From positions 1 through 62,819 of the IMG/VR virus record IMGVR_UViG_3300038549_000020: a stretch of 62,819 nucleotides of DNA, one strand, 5' to 3'. Shown piece by piece: positions 27,559 through 36,254 of the stretch. This DNA is from a virus (taxonomy: Duplodnaviria > Caudoviricetes). Positions within the stretch are counted from its first letter, which is position 1, and every line of letters starts with the position of its first letter. Both the position numbers and the translations under genes were made by a program. The notes beneath the pieces are model-generated. The model searched no databases. It saw nothing but the letters and a program-made list of their open reading frames with translations, and was not told where the DNA came from.

Positions 27559-27972
27559 TCAGTCCCCACGCAGCCCACCCACCCCATACCTGGTCAGTGC
27601 GTACACGGCGATGGTCGCCTGGGCCCCCGAGCGCCGGGTGGCCGAATTGGCGCGGGTGGCGATGCGGGCGGCGGCGTCCGGGACGGGATGGACCTCGTCG
27701 AAGGCGATCGCCGCGTATCCGCAGGGCGCTCCTGGCCCGCCGGGAGGGGTGCCGAGGATGCCCCTGATGTGGGCGAGGTGGACGGCGTGGGGCCGCCCGT
27801 GCGCGCCGAGCTTGACCGACAGGTGGACGAGATGGCAGGCCACCGTGCCGAGGCTGAGGTGCAGCTGGGCGACGATGGCCGCCGTGGACTTCCCCTCGGC
27901 GACCAGGCGCAGGATCTCAATCTCGCGGGCGGTCAGTGGATCGCCCTGGCGGGGCTTGGACGGATTACCCAC
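27559..27972 (-). CDS. LuxR-type HTH regulator
   Basis: LTAREIEILRLVAEGKST...LSLGTV...RPHAVHLAHIRGIL. Confidence 0.85.
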   Translation of the reverse strand: MGNPSKPRQGDPLTAREIEILRLVAEGKSTAAIVAQLHLSLGTVACHLVHLSVKLGAHGRPHAVHLAHIRGILGTPPGGPGAPCGYAAIAFDEVHPVPDAAARIATRANSATRRSGAQATIAVYALTRYGVGGLRGD

Positions 27973-28255
27973 GGATCGCCGCCAGGAGCTTGTCACGGTC
28001 GGCCGCGAGGAGAGTCCTGGGTGGCGAAGCGGGCGCGTCACAGGACGGTGGGATGGTCGCGATGTGGGTGACCGGAGTCAGGTGGGGTGTCCGGGGCGGA
28101 GCTGGCCGCACCCCGCTGCGGATTTGGGCGCGGCACAGGTGGCTGCGGACGGTGGTGATGGCGAGGCCCAGGTCCTGGGCGATCTGGGCGACACCACGTC
28201 CGGCGTCCGATAGTGCCATGATCTGCTCCTGGCGGCGGGTGAGCGGTGCTTTCAC
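27965..28255 (-). CDS. LuxR-type HTH regulator (short)
   Basis: LTRRQEQIMAL..AG..VAQIAQDLGLAITTVRSHL. Confidence 0.75.
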   Translation of the reverse strand: MKAPLTRRQEQIMALSDAGRGVAQIAQDLGLAITTVRSHLCRAQIRSGVRPAPPRTPHLTPVTHIATIPPSCDAPASPPRTLLAADRDKLLAAIRG

Positions 28256-28494
28256 CGGGCACCCCCGCCGCGGCGGATCCTGGTCGTGGGTGCGGCGCGG
28301 TGCTGGGCCAGGGGTGGCGCTTGGGTGCGGTAGCCGTCCGGGGTGTAGCGGCGGGGCGTGGTGGGCTTGGCGGTGCGTACGGCCACCAGGAGCCATAGGG
28401 CGCCGAGGATGACGGCCAGGGCGGCGAGGACGATTCCGCCGACGATGAGCGGGTGCGACACGGGTACCTCCAGTGTGGACGGCGCGATGATCAT
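28252..28494 (-). CDS. Small membrane protein
   Basis: Single TM segment. Confidence 0.5.
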   Translation of the reverse strand: MIIAPSTLEVPVSHPLIVGGIVLAALAVILGALWLLVAVRTAKPTTPRRYTPDGYRTQAPPLAQHRAAPTTRIRRGGGAR

Positions 28495-28814
28495 CGCTGG
28501 ACCTCCTTGACGACGTCGATGTCGTCGAGCCGCTGCATGCGGCCAAGGATCTTGGCGTCGCCGTATTCGGCGCAGTGGTGGGCCGCGAGGACATCCACCG
28601 GAAGACGCTTGACGCCAACCATGTCGATGAACACGCCGAGGCCCCGGGAGAAACCGAACGCGTCGCCAGGGCTGAGGGACGCGGGGGCGACTGGGGTGGG
28701 CTCCATGCTGCGGTAGCGGCCGTTCTGCAGAAGGCCACGGATGATCGATCTGTGGCAGTACCGGCAGGTCTCGCGCCGGATGGGAGCCTTGCGCCCGGGG
28801 GTTGGCATCAGCAC
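28491..28814 (-). CDS. Zn-finger protein (CxxC...HxC)
   Basis: CRYCHRSII...AHHC. Confidence 0.55.
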   Translation of the reverse strand: MLMPTPGRKAPIRRETCRYCHRSIIRGLLQNGRYRSMEPTPVAPASLSPGDAFGFSRGLGVFIDMVGVKRLPVDVLAAHHCAEYGDAKILGRMQRLDDIDVVKEVQR

Positions 28815-29032
28815 CCACCACCCTTGAGGATTCCCTGGCAGACGTGGCAGTAGTCGACGTCGCGGTTCGGGTACGGGCAGTCGGGGTGATGGCCCCGGAT
28901 GCCGTGCCGGATCGGCGCCGAGGTGAGGGGGCGCAGTGGGATGACCTCGGCCAGGCGTCCGGGTTCGCGGACCGCCGCGGCGGGCTCCTCGCCCCAGTCC
29001 TCCGGCCAGATGCGGCGTGCGGCGAGACTCAC
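28808..29032 (-). CDS. Small Zn-binding protein
   Basis: HHPDC...CHVC. Confidence 0.45.
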   Translation of the reverse strand: MSLAARRIWPEDWGEEPAAAVREPGRLAEVIPLRPLTSAPIRHGIRGHHPDCPYPNRDVDYCHVCQGILKGGGC

Positions 29033-30018
29033 GACTCGACCACCCTCAAGAGCGCACCGACAGGAGCGGGCTCGCAGCTTGGGGCCGGACCCTTCCCGGC
29101 GAGGAATGCCCTCAGCGCGCTCCTGGCGGCTTTGGCCTGCTCGGGGGTGACCGGTGGTGCCTGCTCGGCGCCTTCGTCCTCCTCGCGCATTTTCGCGGCG
29201 AGGAGAGCCCTGCGCTCGGTCGCCTTCGTCGCTCGCTGGCGGTCTTCGCGGACCTCGGCGAGAACCGCGGCGAGGTCGCCCTGGCGATGCATGGTCCGGA
29301 TGTAGCCGCCCGGATTGGTGGGACGGTGACGGGTCATGATCTTTTCAATGACGAAGTCTGCCTCATCATCATCAGCTCCGGTCAGAGTCGTCACGAGGCG
29401 GACGTCTCGCGCATCCGCGTGCGCGCGTTGATGATGATCCTTTCCCTGTTCCCTGATCCCTGATCCTTGATCAGGGGGGAGGATTTCGTGAGTCCTCCGG
29501 AGGATTTCCGGAGTGGTGTGGGCATATGTGTTTGCGCAGGCCAGCTGTGGTGGAGGCTGATTTTCGTGGTTGGTGGGTGGTGGAGACTCCTGCCGACCGC
29601 CGGAATCCTCTGGAGGTCTCCGGAGACTCTCCGGAGGATTTCCGGAGGACTCTGGAGGGTCGTCCTGGGGGTGTCCGTCGGGCGCGTCCGGCGGTGCCGG
29701 GATGCGGCTCTTCGACGGGTGGCTCACCTTCTGGTGCTCGGCCCATCCGGTGACCGCGAGGTAGGTTCTCCTGCCCGCCCGGTAGCGGACGATGAGACCC
29801 GCCTCGGCCAGCTCGGCGAGGTCCTCCTCAACATCGGAGGCGACCCGGTCATCCAGCGGCCAGAGGGCGGCCTTGACGAGCCGGGCGTCGTCGACACAGC
29901 GCCCGTAGTCGTCGACATGGGTCCACAGGCCCACGAACGTCAGCCGCGTCTCAATGCGCAGGCTGGCGACCGTGAGGCTCGTGAAGAACTCAGGCTTGAT
30001 CGTTCGAATGCGCGCCAT
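29029..30018 (-). CDS. Replication initiator/replisome organizer
   Basis: MARIRTIKPEFF...DDYGR...W.EHQK. Confidence 0.85.
   Translation of the reverse strand: MARIRTIKPEFFTSLTVASLRIETRLTFVGLWTHVDDYGRCVDDARLVKAALWPLDDRVASDVEEDLAELAEAGLIVRYRAGRRTYLAVTGWAEHQKVSHPSKSRIPAPPDAPDGHPQDDPPESSGNPPESLRRPPEDSGGRQESPPPTNHENQPPPQLACANTYAHTTPEILRRTHEILPPDQGSGIREQGKDHHQRAHADARDVRLVTTLTGADDDEADFVIEKIMTRHRPTNPGGYIRTMHRQGDLAAVLAEVREDRQRATKATERRALLAAKMREEDEGAEQAPPVTPEQAKAARSALRAFLAGKGPAPSCEPAPVGALLRVVES
29495..29647. repeat. Iteron-like repeats inside the rep gene (putative origin)
   Basis: CTCCGGAGGATTTCCGGAG exact at 29495 and 29629, plus CTCTGGAGG/CTCCGGAG variants. Confidence 0.6.
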
Positions 30019-30327
30019 CAGACATCCCCCGCCAGGGCGATGGATGACGTGGAAACGGCACGCTCCGTACGAGCGTGCCGGCGGTCTGGCATCATGAGAG
30101 CCAGGTCCTCTCCGGTGTGGTCGGATGAGGGCATCAGGCCGGTGAAGCGCGCCAACGCTTTGCCGGCCGCCCTGTTTGTCGCCCTGATCATACCTCGTGG
30201 GCTCATATTCCCCGTGCTCACTCGGGCCATGTCGCCACCCATTGATTCGAAGTGACATTCGCATTCATGTACAGCAATCCTCGAAAGCCTCCGACCCAAT
30301 CGAGCCGGAGGCTTTCCTCAACAGCAA

Positions 30328-30612
30328 TCAGTTCTCGTCGATCCCAGCGGCACTGAGCAGGGCTTTGAGCCTGGCAACCTCGTCCAGGATGGTCGGACAA
30401 GGAAAGACGACGTCGCTGAATTCCTGATACCGCTGCCCGGTCATCGGATTGACGTGCTCACTGAAGAGATCACCACCGAGAGTGGCATCGGAGACAATGT
30501 CCCGAGCGTCATCCTCATCGTAAAGACCAGCCTCGGCGGAATGGGGAGTAAAGCCCTGCTGATCGGGCCGCCACCACATGCCGTGCTCGTTTGACCAGAT
30601 CATGACTTTCAT
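30328..30612 (-). CDS. Hypothetical protein, tandem paralog A
   Basis: IWSNEHGMWWRP...EAGLY. Confidence 0.7.
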   Translation of the reverse strand: MKVMIWSNEHGMWWRPDQQGFTPHSAEAGLYDEDDARDIVSDATLGGDLFSEHVNPMTGQRYQEFSDVVFPCPTILDEVARLKALLSAAGIDEN

Positions 30613-31031
30613 GACGCACCTCCATGATCAGAAGGCTGCTGGTGGGCCCCCATCTCCGTCAGGCAAGCAAGGGCCTCAGTCAATTGGCCGCGCACCTCGG
30701 CCAGCTCGGAGCGCATCCGGTTGTACTGCCGCTCCACGGCCCGCGCGTGTTCCCCAATCTGGCGCTGCAACCCCACCTCGCGCGCCAGATACTCGACGTC
30801 GGCCATGACCTCGGGCGCCGGAATGATCACCTCGTCGACCTCCCGGTACCTCATGCCGCTGACCGGATCGACGCGATCATGGGTGAGCTCGCCGTCGCAG
30901 GTGGCCTTCGCCACGATCCGTTGGGCTTCATTGAGCCCGTACTTCCCCGCCTCGGACAGGTGAGCGGTGTAGCCGCGCTCGTTCGGACGCCACCACTTGC
31001 CATGCTGGTTCGACCAGATCAGGACCCACAT
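30609..31031 (-). CDS. Hypothetical protein, tandem paralog B with coiled coil
   Basis: IWSNQHGKWWRP...EAGKY. Confidence 0.7.
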   Translation of the reverse strand: MWVLIWSNQHGKWWRPNERGYTAHLSEAGKYGLNEAQRIVAKATCDGELTHDRVDPVSGMRYREVDEVIIPAPEVMADVEYLAREVGLQRQIGEHARAVERQYNRMRSELAEVRGQLTEALACLTEMGAHQQPSDHGGAS

Positions 31032-31381
31032 GAGACGGCCTCCTCGTACAAGTCGGACGAGTAGACCTTGGCCCGCTCACGCCCGTCGGTGATCTTCTCC
31101 GCCCAGTAGTCCGGGTTGATCCGCGCGAGGTTCCAACCCGCGCTTGGTCGGAAGAACTCGAACATGTTCGGCAGGCGGCGGAACGTGAACCCGTCGCGAT
31201 TTCCCCCGATGTGCAGGTGACCGGGCCAGGTGATGACGTCGAAGTGGCCGATCTCCGTGTTCGGCCGCTGGCACCGCAGGTGCCGGTACAGCCCGTCGTC
31301 GTGGAGGATCGTCAGCTGGTGCTCGGCGACGTCGCGGTCGAAGGTGGTCTTCAGGTAGTCGGGATAGGTGGGCCGAGTCAT
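31019..31381 (-). CDS. Conserved phage protein, possibly C-terminally truncated
   Basis: DDGLYRHLR...ITWPG.L...MFEFFR...INPDYWAEK. Confidence 0.65.
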   Translation of the reverse strand: MTRPTYPDYLKTTFDRDVAEHQLTILHDDGLYRHLRCQRPNTEIGHFDVITWPGHLHIGGNRDGFTFRRLPNMFEFFRPSAGWNLARINPDYWAEKITDGRERAKVYSSDLYEEAVSCGS

Positions 31382-31977
31382 GCCGCCACCTCCCGCTCCG
31401 CGTCGCAGCGATGCCCTGCGACCTGGTCGCACAGCTCTGACCACTTGGTGGCTGACGGGCCGAGGATGCCGGACGTCCGGACCGCAAGAGCCTCATCAGT
31501 CTTGGCGCACGCGACAGTGACGGTTGCGCCGTACTCATCCACGCTCACCAGCACTGTCGGATCGCACACGGCCACCATCTGCGGCCAGTCGGCCCGGGCG
31601 TGCCCGTGGGCCGCTGACTCCTCCTGCTCCGGCGTGAGCGGCCTGAGCGGGTACGCCTTCGGCTTCCATCCGGCGGCCCGCAGCTGTCGCGCGTCAGCCT
31701 CGGCAAGGTCGGCGCGGCGCTCCTGGACGCGACACTGACGGATAGCCTCAGCGGCGGCCTCGTGGGCGCGGACAGCCTCCGCGCGGGCCTCGGCCACCAG
31801 TGCGGCGGAGGCCTCCCGCTCACGCTGGATCGCGGGATTGGCCATCACTGCGGCACGGGTTTCGATCAGGTGTTCTATGTTTCTGGTCGTGTCGGCCAGG
31901 TTCGCGGCGATCTCGCGTACCGCATCGAGTGGATCGACCACAGTGGTCGACTGATCTATCGATTCATTCATGATCAT
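31378..31977 (-). CDS. Coiled-coil hypothetical protein
   Basis: Ala/Glu/Arg heptads. Confidence 0.55.
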   Translation of the reverse strand: MIMNESIDQSTTVVDPLDAVREIAANLADTTRNIEHLIETRAAVMANPAIQREREASAALVAEARAEAVRAHEAAAEAIRQCRVQERRADLAEADARQLRAAGWKPKAYPLRPLTPEQEESAAHGHARADWPQMVAVCDPTVLVSVDEYGATVTVACAKTDEALAVRTSGILGPSATKWSELCDQVAGHRCDAEREVAA

Positions 31978-31994
31978 TTCCTCAGGATTTCTGG

Positions 31995-32282
31995 TCACGA
32001 CGCACCACTGCGCCGGGACCTGCGATGGCGTGCGGCATACGGACAGGTGGCGAAATGCGACCGGTACACGGCCCGCGCACCAAACAGGTCGGCGGGATTC
32101 GACACGACCTGGGCCAGCGGCCCGGCTGGACTGGAGGTCAGCAGGACGTTGCCGCCCCCGTGGTTGACGTCCACCGGCTCGGCGTCCACCGGCATGCGCC
32201 GACCGGACGCCCGTACGGTCGCCCAGATGATCGGGGCCTGGCAGGAGGTGCACCGACTCGTCGGATAGTCGGGTTGGGTCAT
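31995..32282 (-). CDS. Zn-finger protein
   Basis: CTSCQAPIIW...MPVD...SHFATCP. Confidence 0.7.
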   Translation of the reverse strand: MTQPDYPTSRCTSCQAPIIWATVRASGRRMPVDAEPVDVNHGGGNVLLTSSPAGPLAQVVSNPADLFGARAVYRSHFATCPYAARHRRSRRSGAS

Positions 32283-32286
32283 CGGG

Positions 32287-32520
32287 TCACCCCCGGCCCA
32301 CGAGGTTGAGAGCCTGGGTGACGGCGGCGTGCACGTCGGTGGTGGTGCGGCGAGACTCCCGCTCGGCCTTCAGTTGGCGCTCCAGGGTCGCGATCCGCTC
32401 AGCCCTAACCTCGGACCGCCGCTGAGTGACCGTGTACAGGGCGACGGCCACGGTCGCCAGGGCGCTCATGGTCGCGGCGACCAGGGCCAGGCCGATCTCG
32501 ACCGCGAGGTGGTCGCTCAT
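32287..32520 (-). CDS. Small TM plus coiled-coil protein
   Basis: ATGA coupling to the GGDEF gene. Confidence 0.55.
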   Translation of the reverse strand: MSDHLAVEIGLALVAATMSALATVAVALYTVTQRRSEVRAERIATLERQLKAERESRRTTTDVHAAVTQALNLVGRG

Positions 32521-33536
32521 GCCGCCACCTCCCGCCCGTACTGGCATCCGGGGCAGTCGACCCCGTCACCGAGGCATTCACACGGCGGGGCGTCCCGCAC
32601 CGTGCGCCGGATCTCCTCGGCAACCGGGGGCGGCATAACCCGGCGACCATCGGAGGGTAGGGAGGCGGGATCTCTGCGCCGCTGGGCCTTGGCGCAGTAC
32701 ATCCCGCGATCGGCCACCATCAAGGCATCACGCAGGGTGGTTGAGGGTCTGACGGGGGCAACGCCAACCGAGGCGGACACCTCCACGACCACCCCGCAGG
32801 TGAGCATGATTGGCGGCCCCAGGAGGGCATCCACGGACTTCGCCGCGACCATCGGGACGCCCTCGACCACGAGCGCGAACTCATCGCCACCGAGCCGTAC
32901 GGCGGCGAGGCACCCCTGCGTCAGGGGGAGCCTGACGGCCACGGCCCGCAGGACCTCGTCACCGGCGGCGTGACCGTATGTGTCGTTGACGACCTTGAAC
33001 CAGTCCAGGTCGACCAGGAGCAGCCCGGTCGCCTCGGCCAGCGGCCAGCGTGTCGTCAGCCACCGCCGGTTGGGGAGTCCGGTCAGATCGTCTCGATACG
33101 CCAGACGCTCGGCGTCCTGGCGCAGGAGACGCTCGATCGCGAGCGTCTCCTCGGCGGCCAGGGCGGCATGCTCTGCTGCGGCCAGCTGGGCCCGCACCAG
33201 GCGCAGGTCGTCATGTGCGGCCGTCAGGGCGTCCTCGGCCCCAACGAGAGCGACGACCAGATCCGCCCGATCGGTGGCGCCCAGCTCCGCCAGTGCGTCC
33301 CGCAGCTGCTCATCCAGCGCGGAGGCGGGAATGGCCGGGGCTGGCAGATTGGCCCATGCCAGCCCCGGCCCGTCCGGCCGTGGCGGGAGGTCGCCACCAC
33401 AGCCGGATGCACCAGCGTCACGGCGCCGGTGCGGATCCCCGGGAGGCATAGGGGAACACCCCCCCGGGGTTGGTGTGGCCCGCCGGCCGGGCCCTCCCTC
33501 CTGGCCGGCGGGAGATGTGGAGGCGTGCGCTGTCAT
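32517..33536 (-). CDS. GGDEF diguanylate cyclase with N-terminal coiled coil
   Basis: AYRDDLTGLPNRR, VDLDWFKVVNDTYGHAAGDEVL, RLGGDEF, SASVG, ADRGMYCAK. Confidence 0.92.
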   Translation of the reverse strand: MTAHASTSPAGQEGGPGRRATPTPGGCSPMPPGDPHRRRDAGASGCGGDLPPRPDGPGLAWANLPAPAIPASALDEQLRDALAELGATDRADLVVALVGAEDALTAAHDDLRLVRAQLAAAEHAALAAEETLAIERLLRQDAERLAYRDDLTGLPNRRWLTTRWPLAEATGLLLVDLDWFKVVNDTYGHAAGDEVLRAVAVRLPLTQGCLAAVRLGGDEFALVVEGVPMVAAKSVDALLGPPIMLTCGVVVEVSASVGVAPVRPSTTLRDALMVADRGMYCAKAQRRRDPASLPSDGRRVMPPPVAEEIRRTVRDAPPCECLGDGVDCPGCQYGREVAA

Positions 33537-34495
33537 GACGCATCGCCTGGCGTGGTGATCGGCGAGCCATCCGGCCAGCAACGCCGACAGCCGAAGGTCG
33601 CGCCGTGGTCGCGGGCGGCCTGGGCTGCGGTCATCCGGATACCTGTGCGCATGGACCGCCCACAGGCGGTCAGCGCAGCGCCAGGTCTGCCGAAGGTGGC
33701 GTCCGGATCCCGCCCGTCGGTGGGGCGGTGTGCGGCGATCCCCTTGCGGGTGGTGGCGATCCACGCTGGATCGAACCAACCCGACCCCTCCAGGCCGGAG
33801 GGGTCGGCAGTGATCGCAACCCATCCGCGCACTTCGACGACCATGTCAAGCACGTTGGAGTGTCCGGCAGCCCAGCCGGTGCGGTAGTGATCATGCGGAC
33901 TGGAGCTGCGCACCTTGCTGTATACGTGCGGCCCGATGTCGAGGGCCCGCGCCCAGTCTGCGATGTACTCCGGCCGGTCGGTCTCGACCCGGATCTTGAC
34001 CTCGTCGCTGTAGTACCCCACTTCGATCTCCATCGGTGACGACAGCCCGTCGCCGACTAGGCGGGCAATGACGCCCCAGATGCCGCGGGCGGGGCTGGCG
34101 GGAGACTGCTGATCGGCGTCCGGGGATGCGGCACCCCTGGCGGCCGCACCCCCGGACGTGGCGGACCCATCCGGGACCTGGTCCGCCCTCTCCCCGACAG
34201 GTGGGGGAGTCTGATCGGCGGACGGTGACGGGGATGTGACACCGTCCGCCGAGTCTGTGCTGGCCGGGCCGTAGGCGACGACCATGTCGCCCTCGATGAC
34301 GACCGTGGCGGCATTGATGTACTTGCTCGTCGCGAGCAGCCGCTCGACACGGTCGCGGGTGTTCTCGACCGTGTCATCGCCCAGGGTGCCAATGAGGCAC
34401 CGCTCGGCGTCCGTGACGACCCACCGAGGCGGGTCGTAGATGTCGTTGCGGATCGCCGTGGCGACGGCGCCGAGGCCGGGAGGTGGGGAGGCCAT
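33533..34495 (-). CDS. Multi-domain hypothetical protein with C-terminal Zn finger
   Basis: H...TACGRS...CRRC. Confidence 0.55.
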   Translation of the reverse strand: MASPPPGLGAVATAIRNDIYDPPRWVVTDAERCLIGTLGDDTVENTRDRVERLLATSKYINAATVVIEGDMVVAYGPASTDSADGVTSPSPSADQTPPPVGERADQVPDGSATSGGAAARGAASPDADQQSPASPARGIWGVIARLVGDGLSSPMEIEVGYYSDEVKIRVETDRPEYIADWARALDIGPHVYSKVRSSSPHDHYRTGWAAGHSNVLDMVVEVRGWVAITADPSGLEGSGWFDPAWIATTRKGIAAHRPTDGRDPDATFGRPGAALTACGRSMRTGIRMTAAQAARDHGATFGCRRCWPDGSPITTPGDAS

Positions 34496-35322
34496 CACAT
34501 GCCCTCGATTCGTCCCGAGATGAAACCGAAGTCGGCCTTGATGTCGCCGATCGGGGCCACGGTGGAGGTGCTCCACCGGTAGGTGATGGGGTCCTGGATC
34601 TCTCGGCGCACGACCGGGCCGCCGATGAGGTCCGCGAGGCGGCGGGTGGCCGCCAGGGAGGCGTCCTCGTCGGCCTCCCAGTCGCTCTCGTCGTCGACGT
34701 ACACAGAGGTGCTGCCCCCGACCCGGACGGCCCCGACCTGCGGCGCCTCGGGCCTCTCCAGGAGATCCGCCAGGCGACGCAGGCCTGCGGCAACGCCCGC
34801 GTTGGGGTGGACGCTCGCGGCTGGGTACACGGTGACGCTGGCGTTGGTCCCATCGGAGGAGATGTCAATGACGACCTCGCCGGTCGGCGTGCCCTCACCG
34901 ACCAGCTGCGACACCAACTGGGCCGCGACCGCGTTGGTGTCGTGGATGGGGCGCTCGATGATGCCGATGCGCTGGCCGGCGGGTGCCTCGACATCCCAGG
35001 CGCCACGGGCCGGAGCCCACAGCGCGACAGCCAGCGGCGTGCCGAGGGTCCACCGGTTGAGAGCGGCCGCGATGGTGCAGGCCTGCTCCCACCGGGCCAG
35101 CAGGTCATCCTCGTCCTCGAAGTCGCCGGAAATATCGGACCAGTAGAGGAGCGTGTCCCTGGAGGGGGTCTCTCCGTAGGGGTGCTCCCCGCGCACGACG
35201 GAGATCTCGACATCGACGGTCTCGTCCACCCCGGCAGGGGTGGGGTACCCCTGCCCTGATGTGTCCGTGCAGATTGCCCGCCAGGGGCCGTGCGTGGCGT
35301 CCCTGGCTTGAGTGGGATTCAT
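34495..35322 (-). CDS. Hypothetical protein
   Basis: GGAGG RBS; acidic. Confidence 0.55.
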   Translation of the reverse strand: MNPTQARDATHGPWRAICTDTSGQGYPTPAGVDETVDVEISVVRGEHPYGETPSRDTLLYWSDISGDFEDEDDLLARWEQACTIAAALNRWTLGTPLAVALWAPARGAWDVEAPAGQRIGIIERPIHDTNAVAAQLVSQLVGEGTPTGEVVIDISSDGTNASVTVYPAASVHPNAGVAAGLRRLADLLERPEAPQVGAVRVGGSTSVYVDDESDWEADEDASLAATRRLADLIGGPVVRREIQDPITYRWSTSTVAPIGDIKADFGFISGRIEGM

Positions 35323-35449
35323 TCCGTATCCTCCTAGGTGCTTGTTTCGTTGTTCGGCATCTCGCCAGGCGCCCCCGTTGACGCGCGGGGGCGCTTTGCT
35401 GTCGGGTCCGGCCTGGGTGGATCGCTCCCATCCCAAGCCGGACCGACGT

Positions 35450-35686
35450 CTATGCGGCGGCCGAGAGTGGCTGTGCGATGAGGTCGCGTGGGTCGACGCC
35501 CAGCTCGTGCGCGATCGCTTCGAGATCGCTCAGGCTGATTTCGGCCTTGCCATTGATGCGCACGGTCAGGTACTTGACCGTCCAGCCGAGACGCCTGGCC
35601 AGCTCGGTGGCCCTGAGCGGCGGATCCTGGCGCGCCATTTCGACCCTGATGCCGACTCTGGCCAGCTGTACCAAGGTGTGTTCCAT
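35450..35686 (-). CDS. Cro-like XRE regulator
   Basis: IRVEMARQ...ATELARRLG...DLEAIA; divergent from the repressor. Confidence 0.8.
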   Translation of the reverse strand: MEHTLVQLARVGIRVEMARQDPPLRATELARRLGWTVKYLTVRINGKAEISLSDLEAIAHELGVDPRDLIAQPLSAAA

Positions 35687-35828
35687 GCATCTAGTTTCTT
35701 GCCTAGCGGGGAAGACGTCAACCCGTGACAGTAAGCTCATGTCATGGCAAGAAAATTTCGCACCTCATCGGGATGTGCGTCTCACGTAGGGGGTTGCGTA
35801 CAGCCCGGTCATGGAAGACTCTTGCGGT
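35687..35828. promoter_or_regulatory. Lysis/lysogeny switch region
   Basis: Intergenic between divergent XRE genes; imperfect inverted repeat CCGTGACA...TGTCATGG. Confidence 0.55.
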
Positions 35829-36248
35829 ATGGGCACGCAGGGAACCGCTACGGCAACCACGCTCCAGGCGAGGGTCGCCACTGAGATCCGCGTCGAGCTG
35901 GCCAGGCAGAACATCAGGGCGTCTGAGCTGGCGAGACGACTGAACGAGGCGGACAAGTGGGTGAGTATTCGCCTGCGGGGGCTGACGCCGATCACACTGA
36001 CTGACCTGGAGCGGATCGGCAAGGCTCTCAGGGTGGATCCGGCCGCCCTGCTACCCCGTGGCCGCCCAAACGGGTCGATCGAGAAATACCATGATCTCGC
36101 CAGCGAGCCAAATGGCGATGAGATCGCACCGATTGGACGACCACGGTCGGGCACCGGTCGTTACGGCGGCCCTGAAGGGGATCGCCGCCCCCGACCGATA
36201 ACACAGTCCGTGTACCCACTGTCACGAGCGGTTCCCGTAGCCGCATAG
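35811..36248 (+). CDS. CI-like immunity repressor (XRE) with disordered tail ending VPVAA
   Basis: IRVELARQNI.ASELARRL...DLERIGKAL; alternative start at 35829. Confidence 0.8.
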   Translation: MEDSCGMGTQGTATATTLQARVATEIRVELARQNIRASELARRLNEADKWVSIRLRGLTPITLTDLERIGKALRVDPAALLPRGRPNGSIEKYHDLASEPNGDEIAPIGRPRSGTGRYGGPEGDRRPRPITQSVYPLSRAVPVAA

Positions 36249-36254
36249 TCGGGC

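Noticed and set aside
20979-33536. Several proteins ending in EVAA as ClpXP degrons
   Set aside because: Explained by the GGAGGTGGCGGCATGA-type RBS and start-stop overlap of the next gene.
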